From Pristiophorus japonicus (lineage: Eukaryota), in contig NC_091984.1 of the NCBI RefSeq assembly GCF_044704955.1, positions 177,630,001 to 177,694,000 on the forward strand: DNA of 64,000 nucleotides. Reading direction: 5' to 3'. Under the pieces are notes generated by a model. That model made no database searches and was not told the origin of the DNA. It saw only the letters and a list, made by a program, of their open reading frames with translations. Both the position numbers and the translations under genes were made by a program. Shown here piece after piece: positions 12,790 to 24,985 of the stretch. The first letter of the stretch is position 1, and each line of letters opens with the position of its first letter.

Positions 12790-13720
12790 CTGGGAGCCAT
12801 ATGGCTGCACTGGTGCAACTTAACTAAATTGTGGTATTAAGAGGCCATCCCGGGCCTCTCGGGCAGCAATGTGCACCACTTCTGGTGCCATATCCACCTT
12901 GGGTTTCTCCTCCTCCTCAAGTTCCACCTGCCCCACCGAAGAGGCTGTGCGCTCTGCACCTTGCTCCTCCTGCAATTCCAAACCTCGCTGCTGCGCTATA
13001 TTGTGCATACTGAAGGACTTCTGCAGATCTGTCAAGGCATCTGCAATGCATCTTCAGCATGCCGATTGCTTGCTCTATTACACATCTGGTCATCATGTGG
13101 CTTTCATTATAGCGCTATTGGCCTCATTGCTTGACCTCCTCAAGGGTGTCATGAACCACGACATCACATCTTCAGTGGTAGCCCTTGTCTCCAAGCAGCC
13201 AGCCAGTAAGTCTGTTCGGAGGTGCAAAAACTGCAGGAGGGTGGACTGGCACAGGACCATAGAGTCATGACTGCTCCCTGGGAATCTGGAGCACACATGC
13301 ATGGTGATCTTTTTGTGGTTGCAGGCAAGCTGCATATTGAGGGAGTAGAACCCCTTCCAGTTCCTGGGTGATGTAGGGATGCATTATTAGCCATGTGTGC
13401 AGTAGATGACACCCTACACTTGTGGGAAGCCAGCAAGAGCTGTAAAGCCGAGCACCCGCTCAGTCATACTGGATTTATCAGTGGCAAAGAGTGCTTAAAT
13501 GTCTGACTTGTGAAACATGACATCGGTCACCTGGGTGATGCATCTGTGAGCAGCCGACTGTGAGATCCTGCAAATGTCTGCTGCAGATCCCTAGAAGGAG
13601 CCTCGGGTGAAGCGGTTGAGGGCAGTGGTGACTTTGACAGTCACTGGCAAGGAATGTCCATCAGGTCCTCTGGGCAGCAGGTCTTCCACCAGAAAGCTAC
13701 AAATGTCTGCGACAATGTGG
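12790..13720 (-). pseudogene. Harbinger DDE transposase (HARBI1-like) remnant
   Basis: Motifs FPGSSHDS and LGDKGY-like, with an acidic C-terminus (ELEEEEKP..AAREARDGLL). Multiple frameshifts. Confidence 0.8.
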
Positions 13721-15570
13721 CTATGAAAAAGCAAACAAAGCACTATGGTTCATTTCTAGAGGGATGGAGTTAAAAAGCAGAGGAGTTGCGTTAAACTTGC
13801 ATAGAACCTGGGTTAGACTTAGAGGATGAGACTGGAGATTAATAATGGGGAACAGGGAAATGGTGGAGACTTTGAACATATATTTTGTGCCGGTCTTCAT
13901 GGTAGAAGATACTAAAAACATCCCAATAATGGATAAACAAGGGGCTAGAGGAAGGGAGGAACTTAAAACAATCACCGTCACTAAAGAAGAAGTACTCAGT
14001 AAAATAATGGGACTAAAGATGGACAAGTCTCCTGGACTTGATGGCTTGCATCCTAGGGTCTTAAAAGAAGTGGCTGCAGAGATTGTGGATGCATTGGTTG
14101 TAATCTACCAAAATTCCCAGCGGATTGTAAAACTGCAAATGTAATGCCCCTATTTAACAAAGAAGGCAGACAGAAAGCAGGAAACTATAGACCAGTTAGC
14201 CTAACACCTGTCGTTGGGACAATGCTGGAGTCCATTATTAAAGAAGCAGTAGCAGAACATTTGGAAAAGCATAATTCAGTCAAGCAGAGTCAGCATGGTT
14301 TTATGAAAGGGAAATCATGTTTGACACATTTGCTGGAGCCCTTTGAGTATGTAACGAACAAGGTGGATAAGGGGGAACCAGTGGATGTGGTGTATTTGGA
14401 TTTCCAGAAGGCATTTGATGAGGTGCCACATAAAAGGTTACTGCACAAGATGAAAGTACATGGGGTTGGGATAATATATTAGCATGGATTGAGGATTGGC
14501 TAACTAACAGAAAATAGAGAGTTGGGATAAATGCATCATTTTCCGGTTGGAAAGCAATAACTAATGGGGTGCCACAGGGATCGGTGCTGGGGGCTCAACT
14601 ATTTACAATCTATATTAATGACTTGAATGAAGGGACCGAGTATAATGTAGCCAAGTTTGCTGATGATACAAAGATGAGTGGGAAAGCCAGTTGTGAGGAG
14701 GACACAAAAAATCTGCAATGGGATATAGACAGACTGAGTGAGTGGGCAAACGTTTGGCAGGTGGAGTATAATGTGGCAAAGTGTGAGGTTATCCACTTTG
14801 GCAGAAAAAATAAAAAAGCATATTATTATTTAAATGGAGAAAAATTACAAAATGCTGCAGTACAGAGTGACCTGGGGGTCCTTGTGCATGAAACACAAAA
14901 AGTTAGTATGCAGGTACAGCAAGTAATCAGGAAGGCAAATAGAATGTTGAACTTTATTGCAAGGGGGGTAGAGTATAAAAGCAGAGAAGTCCTGCTACAA
15001 CTGTACAAGGTATTGGTGAGGACACACCAAGAGTACTGCGTGCAGTTTTGATCTCCTTATTTAAGCAGGATATACTTGCATTGGAGACTGTTCAGAGATG
15101 GTTCACTAGGTTAATTCCTGAGATGAAGGGTTTGACTTCTGAAGAAAGGTTGAGTAGGTTGGGCCTATACTCATTGGAGTTTAGAAGAATGAGAGGTGAT
15201 CTTATTGAAACATATATTATACTGAGGGGGCTTGACAAGGTAGATGCAGAGAGGATGGTTCCACTCATGGGGGCATCTAGAACTAGGGGGCATAGTTTCA
15301 GAATAAAACTGAGATGAGGAGAAATTTCTTCTCTCAGAGGGTTGTAAATCTGTGGAATTCTATGTCACAGAGATCTGTGGAGACTGGGTCATTGAATGTA
15401 TTTAAGGCAGAGATAGATTTTTGAGCGAAAGGGAGTAAAGGGTTATGGGGAGTGGGCAGGGAAGTGGAGCGGAGCCTTTGATCAGATCAGCCATCATCTT
15501 ATTGAATGGCAGAATGGGATCGATGGGGCCAAATGGCCTACTCCTGCTCCTATTTCTTATGTTCTTATGA
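13720..15570 (+). mobile_element. CR1 LINE ORF2 fragment with 3' tail
   Basis: NYRPVSLT, YLDFQKAFD, PQGSVLG and KFADDTK motifs; tail ttcttatgttcttatg. Confidence 0.92.
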
Positions 15571-15969
15571 CTACACTTGGAGTACTGTGAACAGTTTAGT
15601 CTCCATGATATAAAAAGGATACAAAATGCACTGGAGTGGTGCAAAAAAAGATTTACTAGAATGATACCAGAACTGAGAGGTGATATGTATCAGGAAAGAT
15701 TGAACACGATATGGCTCTTTCCTCGAGGTAGAGGTGTTTATGATTATGATAGGGTAGGTGTAGAGAATCTGTTTCCACTTGCGAGTGACACCAGAACTAG
15801 AAACCATAAATATAAGATAGTCACGAATGAATTCAATAGGCAATTCAGGAAAAATGTCTTCACCCAGAGTAGTTAGAATGTGGAATTGGCAATCACAAGG
15901 AGTAGTTAAGACACATAAAGCATTTAAGGGGAAGCTCGATAAGCACATGAGGGAGAAAGGAATAGGATA
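15571..15969 (+). mobile_element. Older CR1-type 3' fragment, split by the long CR1 (resumes at ~20727-20835)
   Basis: Reads LEYCEQF..FRKNVFTQ. The sequence gggagaaaggaataggat continues as gatatattaatggggttag after 20726, matching copies at ~9375 and ~28420. Confidence 0.7.
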
Positions 15970-16065
15970 GAAACATAGAAACATAGAAAATAGGTGCAGG
16001 AGTAGGCCATTCGGCCCTTCGAGCCTGCACCGCCATTCAATGAGCTCATGGCTGAACATGCAACT

Positions 16066-19057
16066 TCAGTACCCCATTCCTGCTTTCTCGCCATACCCCT
16101 TGATCCCCCTAGTAGTAAGGACTTCATCTAACTCCTTTTTGAATATATTTAGTGAATTGGCCTCAACAACTTTCTGTGGTAGAGAATTCCACAGGTTCAC
16201 CACTCTCTGGGTGAAGAGGTTTCTCCTCATCTCGGTCCTAAATGGCTTACCCCTTATCCTTAGACTGTGACCCTTGGTTCTGGACTTCCCCAACATTGGG
16301 AACATTCTTCCTGCATCTAACCTGTCTGAACCCATCAGAATTTTAAACGTTTCTATGAGGTCCCCTCTCATTCTTCTGAACTCCAGTGAATACAAGCCCA
16401 GTTGATCCAATCTTTCTTGATAGGTCAGTCCCGCCATCCCGGGAATCAGTCTGGTGAACCTTCGCTGTACTCCCTCAATAGCAAGAATGTCCTTCGTCAA
16501 GTTAGAAGACCAAAACTGTACACAATACTCCAGGTGTGGCCTCACCAAGGCCCTGTACAACTGTAGCAACACCTCCCTGCCCCTGTACTCAAATCCCCTC
16601 GCTATGAAGGCCAACATGCCATTTGCTTTCTTAACCGCCTGCTGTACCTGCATGCCAACCTTCAATGACTGATGTACCATGACACCCAGGTCTCGTTGCA
16701 CCTCCCCTTTTCCTAATCTGTCACCATTCAGATAATAGTCTGTCTCTCTGTTTTTACCACCAAAGTGGATAACCTCACATTTATCCACATTATATTTCAT
16801 CTGCCATGCATTTGCCCACTCACCTAACCTATCCAAGTCACTCTGCAGCCTCATAGCATCCTCCTCGCAGCTCACACTGCCACCCAACTTAGTGTCATCC
16901 GCAAATTTGGAGATACTACATTTAATCCCCTCGTCTAAATCATTAATGTACAGTGTAAACAGCTGGGGCCCCAGCACAGAACCTTGCGGTACTCCACTAG
17001 TCACTGCCTACCATTCTGAAAAGTACCCATTTACTCCTACTCTTTGCTTCCTGTCTGACAACCAGTTCTCAATCCACGTCAGCACACTGCACACTACCCC
17101 CAATCCCATGTGCTTTAACTTTGCACATTAATCTCTTGTGTGGGACCTTGTCGAAAGCCTTTTGAAAGTCCAAATATACCACATCAACTGGTTCTCCCTT
17201 GTCCACTCTACTGGAAACATCCTCAAAAAATTCCAGAAGTTGTGTCAAGCATGATTTTCCTTTCACAAATCCATGCTGACTTGGACCTATCATGTCACCT
17301 CTTTCCAAATGCGCTGCTATGACATCCTTAATAATTGATTCCATCATTTTACCCACTACTGAGGTCAGGCTGACCGGTCTACAATTCCCTGTTTTCTCTC
17401 TCCCTCCTTTTTTAAAAAGTGGGGTTACATTGGCTACCCTCCACTCCATAGGAACTGATCCAGAGTCAATGGAATGTTGGAAAATGACTGTCAATGCATC
17501 CGCTATTTCCAAGACCACCTCCTTAAGTACTCTGGGATGCAGTCCATCAGGCCCTTGGGATTTATCGGCATTCAATCCCATCAATTTCCCCAACATAATT
17601 TCCCGACTAATAAGGATTTCCCTCAGTTCCTCCTCCTTACTAGACCCTCTGACCCCATTTATATCCGGAAGGTTGTTTGTGTCCTCCTTAATGAATACCG
17701 AACCAAAGTACTTGTTCAATTGGTCTGCCATTTCTTTGTTCCCCGTTATGACTTCCCCTGATTCTGACTGCAGGGGACCTACGTTTGTCTTTACTAACCT
17801 TTTTCTCTTTACATATCTATAGAAACTTTTGCAATCCGTCTTAATGTTCCCTGCAAGCTTCTTCTCGTACTCCATTTTCCCTGCCCTAATCAAACCCTTT
17901 GTCCTCCTCTGCTGAGTTCTAAATTTCTCCCAGTCCCCGGGTTCACTGCTATTTCTGGCCAATTTGTATGCCACTTCCTTGGCTTTAATACTATCCCTGA
18001 TTTCCCTTGATAGCCACGGTTGAGCCACCTTCCCTTTTTTATGTTTACGCCAGACAGGAATGTACAATTGTTGTAGTTCATCCATGCGGTCTCTAAATGT
18101 CTGCCATTGCCCATCCACAATCAACCCCTTAACTATCATTCGCCAATCTATCCTAGCCAATTCATGCCTCATACCTTCAAAGTTACCCTTCTTTAAGTTC
18201 TGGACCATGGTCTCTGAATTAACTGTTTCATTCTCCATCCTAATGCAGAATTCCACCATATTATGGTCACTCTTCCCCAAGGGGCCTCGCACAACGAGAT
18301 TGCTAATTAATCCTCTCTCATTACACAACACCCAGTCTAAGATGGCCTCCCCCCTAGTTGGTTCCTCGACATATTGGTCTAGAAAACCATCCCTTATGCA
18401 CTCCAGGAAATCCTCCTCCACCGTATTGCTTCCAGTTTGGTTAGCCCAATCTATGTGCATATTAAAGTCATCCATTATAACTGCAGCACCTTTATTGCAT
18501 GCACCCCTAATTACCTGTTTGATGCCCTCCCCAACATTACTATTACTGTTTGGAGGTCTGTACACAACTCCCACTAACGTTTTTTGCCCTTTGGTGTTCT
18601 GCAGCTCTACCCATATAGATTCCACATCATCCAAGCTAATGTCCTTCCTAACTGTTGCATTAATCTCCTCTTTAACCAGCAATGCTACCCCACCTCCTTT
18701 TCCTTTTGTTCTATCCTTCCTGAATGTTGAATACCCCTGGATGTTGAGTTCCCAGCCCTGATCATCCTGGAGCCACATCTCTGTAATCCCAATCCTATCA
18801 TATTTGTTAACATCTATTTGCACAGTTAATTCATCCACTTTATTACGGATACTCCTTGCATTAAGACACAAAGACTTCAGGATTGTTTTTTTAACACCCT
18901 TTGTCCTTTTAGAATTTTGCTGTACAGTGGCCCTTTTTATTCTTTGCCTTGGGTTTCTCTGCCCTCCACTTTTCCTCATCTCCTTTCTGTCTTTTGCTTT
19001 TTTCTCCTTTTTGTTTCCCTCTGTCTCCCTGCATTGGTTCCCATCCCCCTGCCACAT
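16066..19057 (-). pseudogene. CR1 ORF2 (APE endonuclease + reverse transcriptase), broken by a 7-nt duplication and one nonsense codon
   Basis: Forms 662-aa and 312-aa ORFs with LNARS, GVVYRPP, SDHN, PQGS and FADD motifs. gcacact is duplicated at 17082-17095, and there is a TAG near 17009. Confidence 0.93.
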
Positions 19058-20004
19058 TAGTTTAACTCCTCCCCAACAGCACTAGCAAACACTTCCCCTA
19101 GGACATTGGTTCCGGTCCTGCCCAGGTGCAGACCGTCCGGTTTGTACTGGTCCCACCTCCCCCAGAACTGGTTCCAATGCACCAGGAATTTGAATCCCTC
19201 CCTGCTGCACCACTGCTCAAGTCACGTATTCATCTGCGCTATCCTGCAATTCCTACTCTGACTAGCACGTGGCACTGGTAGCAATCCCGAGATTACTACT
19301 TTTGAGGTCCTACTTTTTAATTTAGCTCCTAGCTCCTTAAATTCGTTTCGTCGGACCTCATCCCTTTTTTTAACCTATGTTGTTGGTACCAATGTGCACC
19401 ACGACAACTGGCTGTTCTCCCTCCCTTTTTAGAATGTCCTGCACCCGCTCCGAGACATCCTTGACCCTTGCACCAGGGAGGCAACATACCATCCTGGAGT
19501 CTCGGTTGCGGCCGCAGAAACGCCTATCTATTCCCCTCACAATTGAATCGCCTATCACTATCGCTCTGCACTCTTTTTCCTGCCCTCCTGTGCAGCAGAA
19601 CCAGTCACGGTGCCATGAACTTGGCTGCTGCTGCCCTCCCCTGCTGAGTCATCCCCCTCAACAGTACTCAAAGCAGTGCATCTGCTTTGCAGGGGGATGA
19701 TCACAGAGGACCCCTGCACTACCTTCCTTGTACTACTCTTCCTGCTGGTCTTCCATTCCCTAGCTGGCTGTGGACCCTTCTCCTGCGGTAAGACCAACTC
19801 GCTACACGTGCTACTCACGTCATTCTCAGCATCGTGGATGCTCCAGAGTGAATCCACCCTCAGCTCCAATTCCACAATGCGGTCCGTCAGGAGCTGGAGG
19901 CGGATACACTTCCCGCAGATGTAGTCGTCAGGGACACCAGAAGTGTCCCTGAGTTCCCACATGGTACAGGAGGAGCATATAACGTGACTGAGCTCTCCTG
20001 CCAT
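19057..20004 (-). pseudogene. CR1 ORF1 (zinc finger/leucine zipper + SGNH esterase), frameshifted near 19558
   Basis: CSSC..CGKC followed by L-x6-I-x6-V heptads. Esterase blocks IGDSIVR, CLPGARVKDV and VVVHIGTNNIG. It ends ...GEELN* at 19059-19057. Confidence 0.9.
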
Positions 20005-20169
20005 GACTTAACCGTTAGATACTCTTAAATTGGCAACAAAAATGTTAAAAGTTACTCACTGTTATAGAAGAGAAAAAAGAAAAGAAAAACTACTCACCAA
20101 TCACTTATCCCCTTGGCTGTGACGTCACCTTTCTATTTCTTTTTTGCCTTCTCCCTGTAGCTGCACAAG

Positions 20170-20726
20170 CCACGCCTCTCCACGCACCTCTCGCCAACTC
20201 TGGGCCTCGGATTCCCTGCTGTGCCTTTTATAGGCCTCTCTCCGAAGTCCCGACTGCCTCTCCATGCACCTCTCGCCGACTCTGGGCCCCGGACTCTCTG
20301 CTGTGCCTTTTATAGGCCTCTCTCCGAAGTCCCGACTGCCTCTCCACGCACCTCTCGTCGACTCTGGGCCCCGGACTCCCTGCTGTGCCTTTTATAGGCC
20401 TCTCTCCGAAGTCCCGACTGCCTCTCCACGCACCTACTCGACGCTGGGCCCCGGACTCCCTGCTGTGCCTTTTATAGGCCTCTCTCCGAAGTCCCGACTG
20501 CCTCTCCACGCACCTCCTCGACGCTGGGCCCCGGACTCCCTGCTGTGCCTTTTATAGGCCTCTCTCCGAAGTCCCAACTGCCTCTCCACGCACCTCCTCG
20601 ACGCTGGGCCCCGGCTCCCTGCTGTGCCTTTTATAGGCCTCTCTCTGAAGTCCCGACTGCCTCTCCAAGCACCTCCTCGACGCTGGGCCCTGGACTCCCT
20701 GCTGTGCCTTTTATAGGCCTCTCACC
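20170..20726 (-). repeat. Seven ~80-bp tandem monomers forming the CR1 5' end, each with a TATA-like box
   Basis: gctgtgccttttataggcc recurs at 20218, 20300, 20382, 20462, 20542, 20621 and 20701. Confidence 0.93.
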
Positions 20727-21161
20727 GATATATTAATGGGGGTTAGAAGGGGGAGAAAGTTCATCTGGAGAATAATCACAGCGTGGACTTGTTGGGCTCA
20801 GTGGCCTGTTTCTGAGCTTTGAATACTTTGTAATAATTTGTTGTACTTTGTAATAGAAGTGCTACTCTGAGAGCAATACCACTAGCCTAATGGCATGATC
20901 AAAAATGTTAACTCTGTTTTTATCAACTCTTTGCAGTTAGTTCAATTATGATTTAATGTCACATTAATAATAAATTAAGCATTGATTTTTTTAAAAAACT
21001 GCTTTTGTTTTTAGATCTAAAGATTCGACTTATTACTCGGAAGAAAGGAAGTAAATGTGAAAACATTTCATGGAAATTATCTGGTATTCTGCAGTGATTG
21101 TAAACAGATGATTTGTGTTCCAGAGGGTGGCGCTGATACACAGCAGAACTGAAAATAAGTA

Positions 21162-23306
21162 GGGCGGTAATTGGACATTGTCAGAAACCGACAGATGTCA
21201 CCGTGGCTTCAGGTTTACGCTCGCTGAAAATGGCCGCAGCGTTACCGGGAAATAATTTGTGCTGGGGCCTGGGATTTGTAGCCCAGCGCTAACTTATGGT
21301 GTAACACCCTCCTGGAGGTGTTAGATTTTTTAATTGCCTATAATTCATTGCGAACCTCACAGCCTTTGGGAGCGAGGCTGTGGAGCTCGCAATGAATTGT
21401 GGGCAATTAAAAGGGTGATGAATTAAAGGGGTAATGTTCGGAACTTCATTTTCAACCCTTATTTTCTTTCAAAATAATATAAACATTAAAAAATGCCCCA
21501 AAATGGCAGTTTACAGCTCTTAAAGCTTAATTGCCTCCCACACTGAAAACAAATGGTAAAAGTGCTTCAGCAAGCCAAGGAAGGGGCACTCAGGGTCTCG
21601 GACACAGCACTTTAGTTTTGTGCAGGGAGTCAACACTGCAAGAGAGGTGCTCTACCCACATGGGCCAGGAGGCCCTCCAGAAAGAACAACATGAGACCAG
21701 ATCACCGAGGCCATCACCGCCACCCCCGCGACCTGGCCCCAGTGCCCAAAGAAGCTCCATGCCCTTAATTCAGTGGTCAAGGCCAGTAACTGCATCTTCA
21801 AGAGCCATCTCCTACCAACTGCACCACTAGCCTCACACACTGCCCAATGCACGCACCCCATCCCCCACAATCACTCACCTACCAACAATCTGTACCAATC
21901 ACGAGGCACGTCTCCCATTACTCACCTCACCTCACCCCCTTGGAGGAAACAATGCAGGTCATTCTTGGCAGGGGAGTGGCTGAGCACTTGCCGAGCGAAG
22001 GGGCAGATAGGATACAAGATATTGGTATCCTCATGTTATCCATCTTCTGGCAAGCACACCTCTTGCTTTCCTGCCCCCCCTCACCACAACTCCACCCTTG
22101 TGCCTTCCTCATTTCACCGCCCCCCCCCCCCCCAATAAATACAGCTTGCCCAGCCAGTGGAAGGAGAAGAAGATGATGAAGATGAAGAAGAAGATTGATT
22201 TGACACTGAGTGCTACCAGCTTTTCAATGTCGACAAGCAAGGCCATTTGCAATGTCTCCCACGTAAAGTCAGCAGCCTTCCACCAGCCATGCTGCAGCCA
22301 CTGGGGCAGCACTGCATGACTTCAGCCGATAGGCAAAGGCACAAACAAGACAGTCATTAAGAGAATGCATAAGGGTGATGTGTTGATTTCTTGGTGTCAT
22401 ATTGGATGAATAGTTGGATAAAGTTGGATTCTAAAGTTTGCTTTGTGGTGGCTTTTATTTCAGCATCGCGGCCAAGAGGACAGTGTGATGGTCAGTAACA
22501 GAGGGAAGGTAAGGTGTGGGATTAATGTTGAAAGGGGAATTAGGGTTGTGGTCACTGGGACCACAGGCAGATGATTCCATCCTGGATATCCCGGCAAAAA
22601 AGGGTTGCATCCTTCCTTCTGCTTCCTTCTCTTTGGCTTCCTCCTCTTCGGTCTTCTCCTATTAGGCTTTCTCCTCTTTGGCTTCTGCTTCTTCCTCTTC
22701 CCTCTGTGAGTAGATAATGTAAATCTGAAATTACAGCATAAAATGCTGGAAATACACAGCTGACCAGGAAGCATCTTGCGTAAGATGCAAATTCGGTTTC
22801 TCTCTCCAATGGACGTTGCCTGACCTGCTGAGTACTTGCAGCATTTTCTGTTTTCTCAGAGGCCTTTCTTTACCATTGGAGGCCTTTCAAGCATCCAGCA
22901 GCACTCCATACACACTTAAAAAAACATTTCAAATCTATTGCAGCAATCCACTTCTTCAATAAAATCAAAAGAAGCCAGCCCCAAAGTTTAAATGCAAACT
23001 TACCTGAAAGATGTGTGTGTCGCTTTAAGAGGTGCTGCATGCATGCTCGGTTTACCTGGCGTTGCTTAGGACGCAGCGCTGAACTCAGCACTAGGGTCGA
23101 AGTTCGCAGTGGTGACGTTAAGTAGGCGTTGCTCATCGACTGACATCACCACCGCAGGGCAATACCTTAGAACACCAGCCTAGCGGGACTTCCAATATGG
23201 AGGGCGCTGCGGGACCTGTGACCAGCTGGCGGAGGACTGGCGGTCGCCTCTTTCTTGACTTAACGCCGCGCTAACGGGTGGAGCTAAGGTAGAGAATGTC
23301 TCCTCC
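21162..23306. mobile_element. Non-autonomous Harbinger-type element (family B) with a Myb-like remnant (+) and an acidic transposase-tail remnant (-)
   Basis: Colinear with 5640-10015. Myb-like exon at ~21550-21790; Glu-rich minus-strand segment at 22600-22710. Confidence 0.6.
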
Positions 23307-24149
23307 ATAGAGTACATACACAAGGGGTTTATTTTAATCTGATATATCCCACAAAAAAGGGTTCTGCTGCACAGGAACACATTTAAAATGTATAACATGA
23401 TAGATTGGCATGCAAAATAAAACGCGTCATTACATTTAAGAGCAGGAGATAAATGTTCCTGCCACCAGCAAGATCCTGTAAAATGGGTCTCGCTGTGAAA
23501 CTATAGGCTGCATAGTGAAGGTTGTGGCAATAAATGGAGCGAGGTTTTGTGAGAACCTTTCACTCTTCCATCAACTTTTCCACACACATTCGCTAGTTGA
23601 TTTACACATCAGAGAACGCAGTACCAATCAGATGAACTGGTCAGTACAAAACGCTTGCAGCCCTTAAAGAATAGAGGCAAAATCACGAAGCTGATTTGTT
23701 TGAGATTTTAATTAAGTTCTCTCAGTACCATTGTTAACGCACCATTTTCTACTGCATCTTAAACTCCAATAGAGGCACAATCAGGGTGCTAAATAAATTT
23801 GCAGCCTAAAATAAGTGCAGAATTTGGAGCATAAATGAATACAACGCGCAAAAATCTCCTTCATCTCTTACGACCATTTATCGATCGTGGCTAGGAACGT
23901 ATCTCTGCCCATAATAATGGCCCTGTCCCTAAGTGACAAATGCGAGTTTCTTGCAATTCCCTTTCATCGCAGGATCTCTTCAAATTGCAACCAGATTTGC
24001 AGTTTCACAGGTAACAGTAGTCACCGTAACCAGGCACAAATCAGCTCCTCCAGGAACCATTGAAGATTTTCTCTTACCACGGTAAACCATTTTACACTCA
24101 ATTGTAGAAATAAGAAATGGATCTTTTGTTGTCTCTAACCCCTGCTTTA

Positions 24150-24600
24150 TATTATAATGGATGAAGAAGAAGACGATCAGAGATAGGCAGTGCAGAGAGT
24201 GAAGAACCACAAGCAGAGACAACACCCCAATCGCAAGCACCCCATCCAGAGAGTGCCTTGGCCTCGACTAGCATTCCAGGAGATGTCTGGTGTGCTGGCT
24301 GCAATGGATGCACTTTACAAAGGAGGCCATCGATTGACTATATGACTTGCTCCGAGATGACTAAATGACCCCCTCCGCAGACAGCAGAGCCATCAATATA
24401 GAATGAAGGTGATCACATAACTCAACCGTTACGCAGTTTAAGTCATCTCAGATCCTTCCAGTCATCCATAGGAAACTGTGCAGGATTATTGCAATTGGCA
24501 AGTAACTGATGCCTTGTTCTGTAGGGCTGAAGAGTTCACTCAATTTGGAATTCTCCAGTGGAGCAAAGGCTGTGGGCTCAAAGATTCGACAGGATATCTG
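24150..24600 (+). pseudogene. Highly degraded Harbinger transposase N-terminal region
   Basis: Reads ..PIQRV..PRLAFQEMS..MHFTKEAI.., resembling RxYRxRxSYLDMSExxCxRRLRF of the other copies. Confidence 0.5.
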
Positions 24601-24609
24601 CCTTCTCCA

Positions 24610-24985
24610 TAAAACACAGAAAGCACCCCAAAATAGAAGGGAACCAAGAGGCTAATGAGAGCGTGGAACTTTAAGTAATTAATATCAGTAGAGACAAATT
24701 ACTTGTGAAACTAATGGGACTAAAAGCTGACAAATCCCATTGACCTGATGGCCTGCACCCTAGGGTTCTAAAAGAGGTGGCTGCACAAATAGTGGATACA
24801 ATCGTCGTGATCTTCCAAAAGCCCCTAGATTCTAGAACCATGCCAGCAGATTGGATGGTAGCAAATGTAATCTCGCTATTCAAGAAAGGGGGAAGAGAAA
24901 ACAGGAAACTTCAGGCCAGCTAGCCTGACATCAGTCATTTATAAAATGCTGGAATCCATTATTAAGGAAGTGGTACAGGGCAATT
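24610..24985 (+). mobile_element. CR1 ORF2 internal fragment
   Basis: Degenerate GLKADKS..PDGLHPRVLKEVA..NFRPASLTS coding sequence. Confidence 0.8.

Larger units (their letters stand above)
15970..20726 (-). mobile_element. Near-full-length CR1 LINE (~4.76 kb): 5' monomer array, ORF1, ORF2, 3' tail
   Basis: All domains are present in order. Possible 4-bp TSD gata at 15966-15969 and 20727-20730. Confidence 0.95.

Noticed and set aside
17005-17012. Same premature TAG codon in two CR1 copies (also at ~1374)
   Set aside because: A third copy (~6888) has CAG. Recurrent mutation is sufficient, so there is no evidence for read-through.
17292-18761. Long plus-strand ORFs (176 aa, 233 aa) and similar ones at 7758-8369 and 1226-1639
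   Set aside because: These are antisense shadows of CR1 ORF2; there is no independent evidence of coding.
20170-20726. Regularly spaced repeats resembling a CRISPR array (also 55170-55625)
   Set aside because: The whole unit repeats with no unique spacers, there are no cas genes, and the context is eukaryotic TE sequence.
21120-21135. CTCF-like motif ccagagggtggcgc
   Set aside because: Two core mismatches; a single motif cannot be supported without ChIP data.
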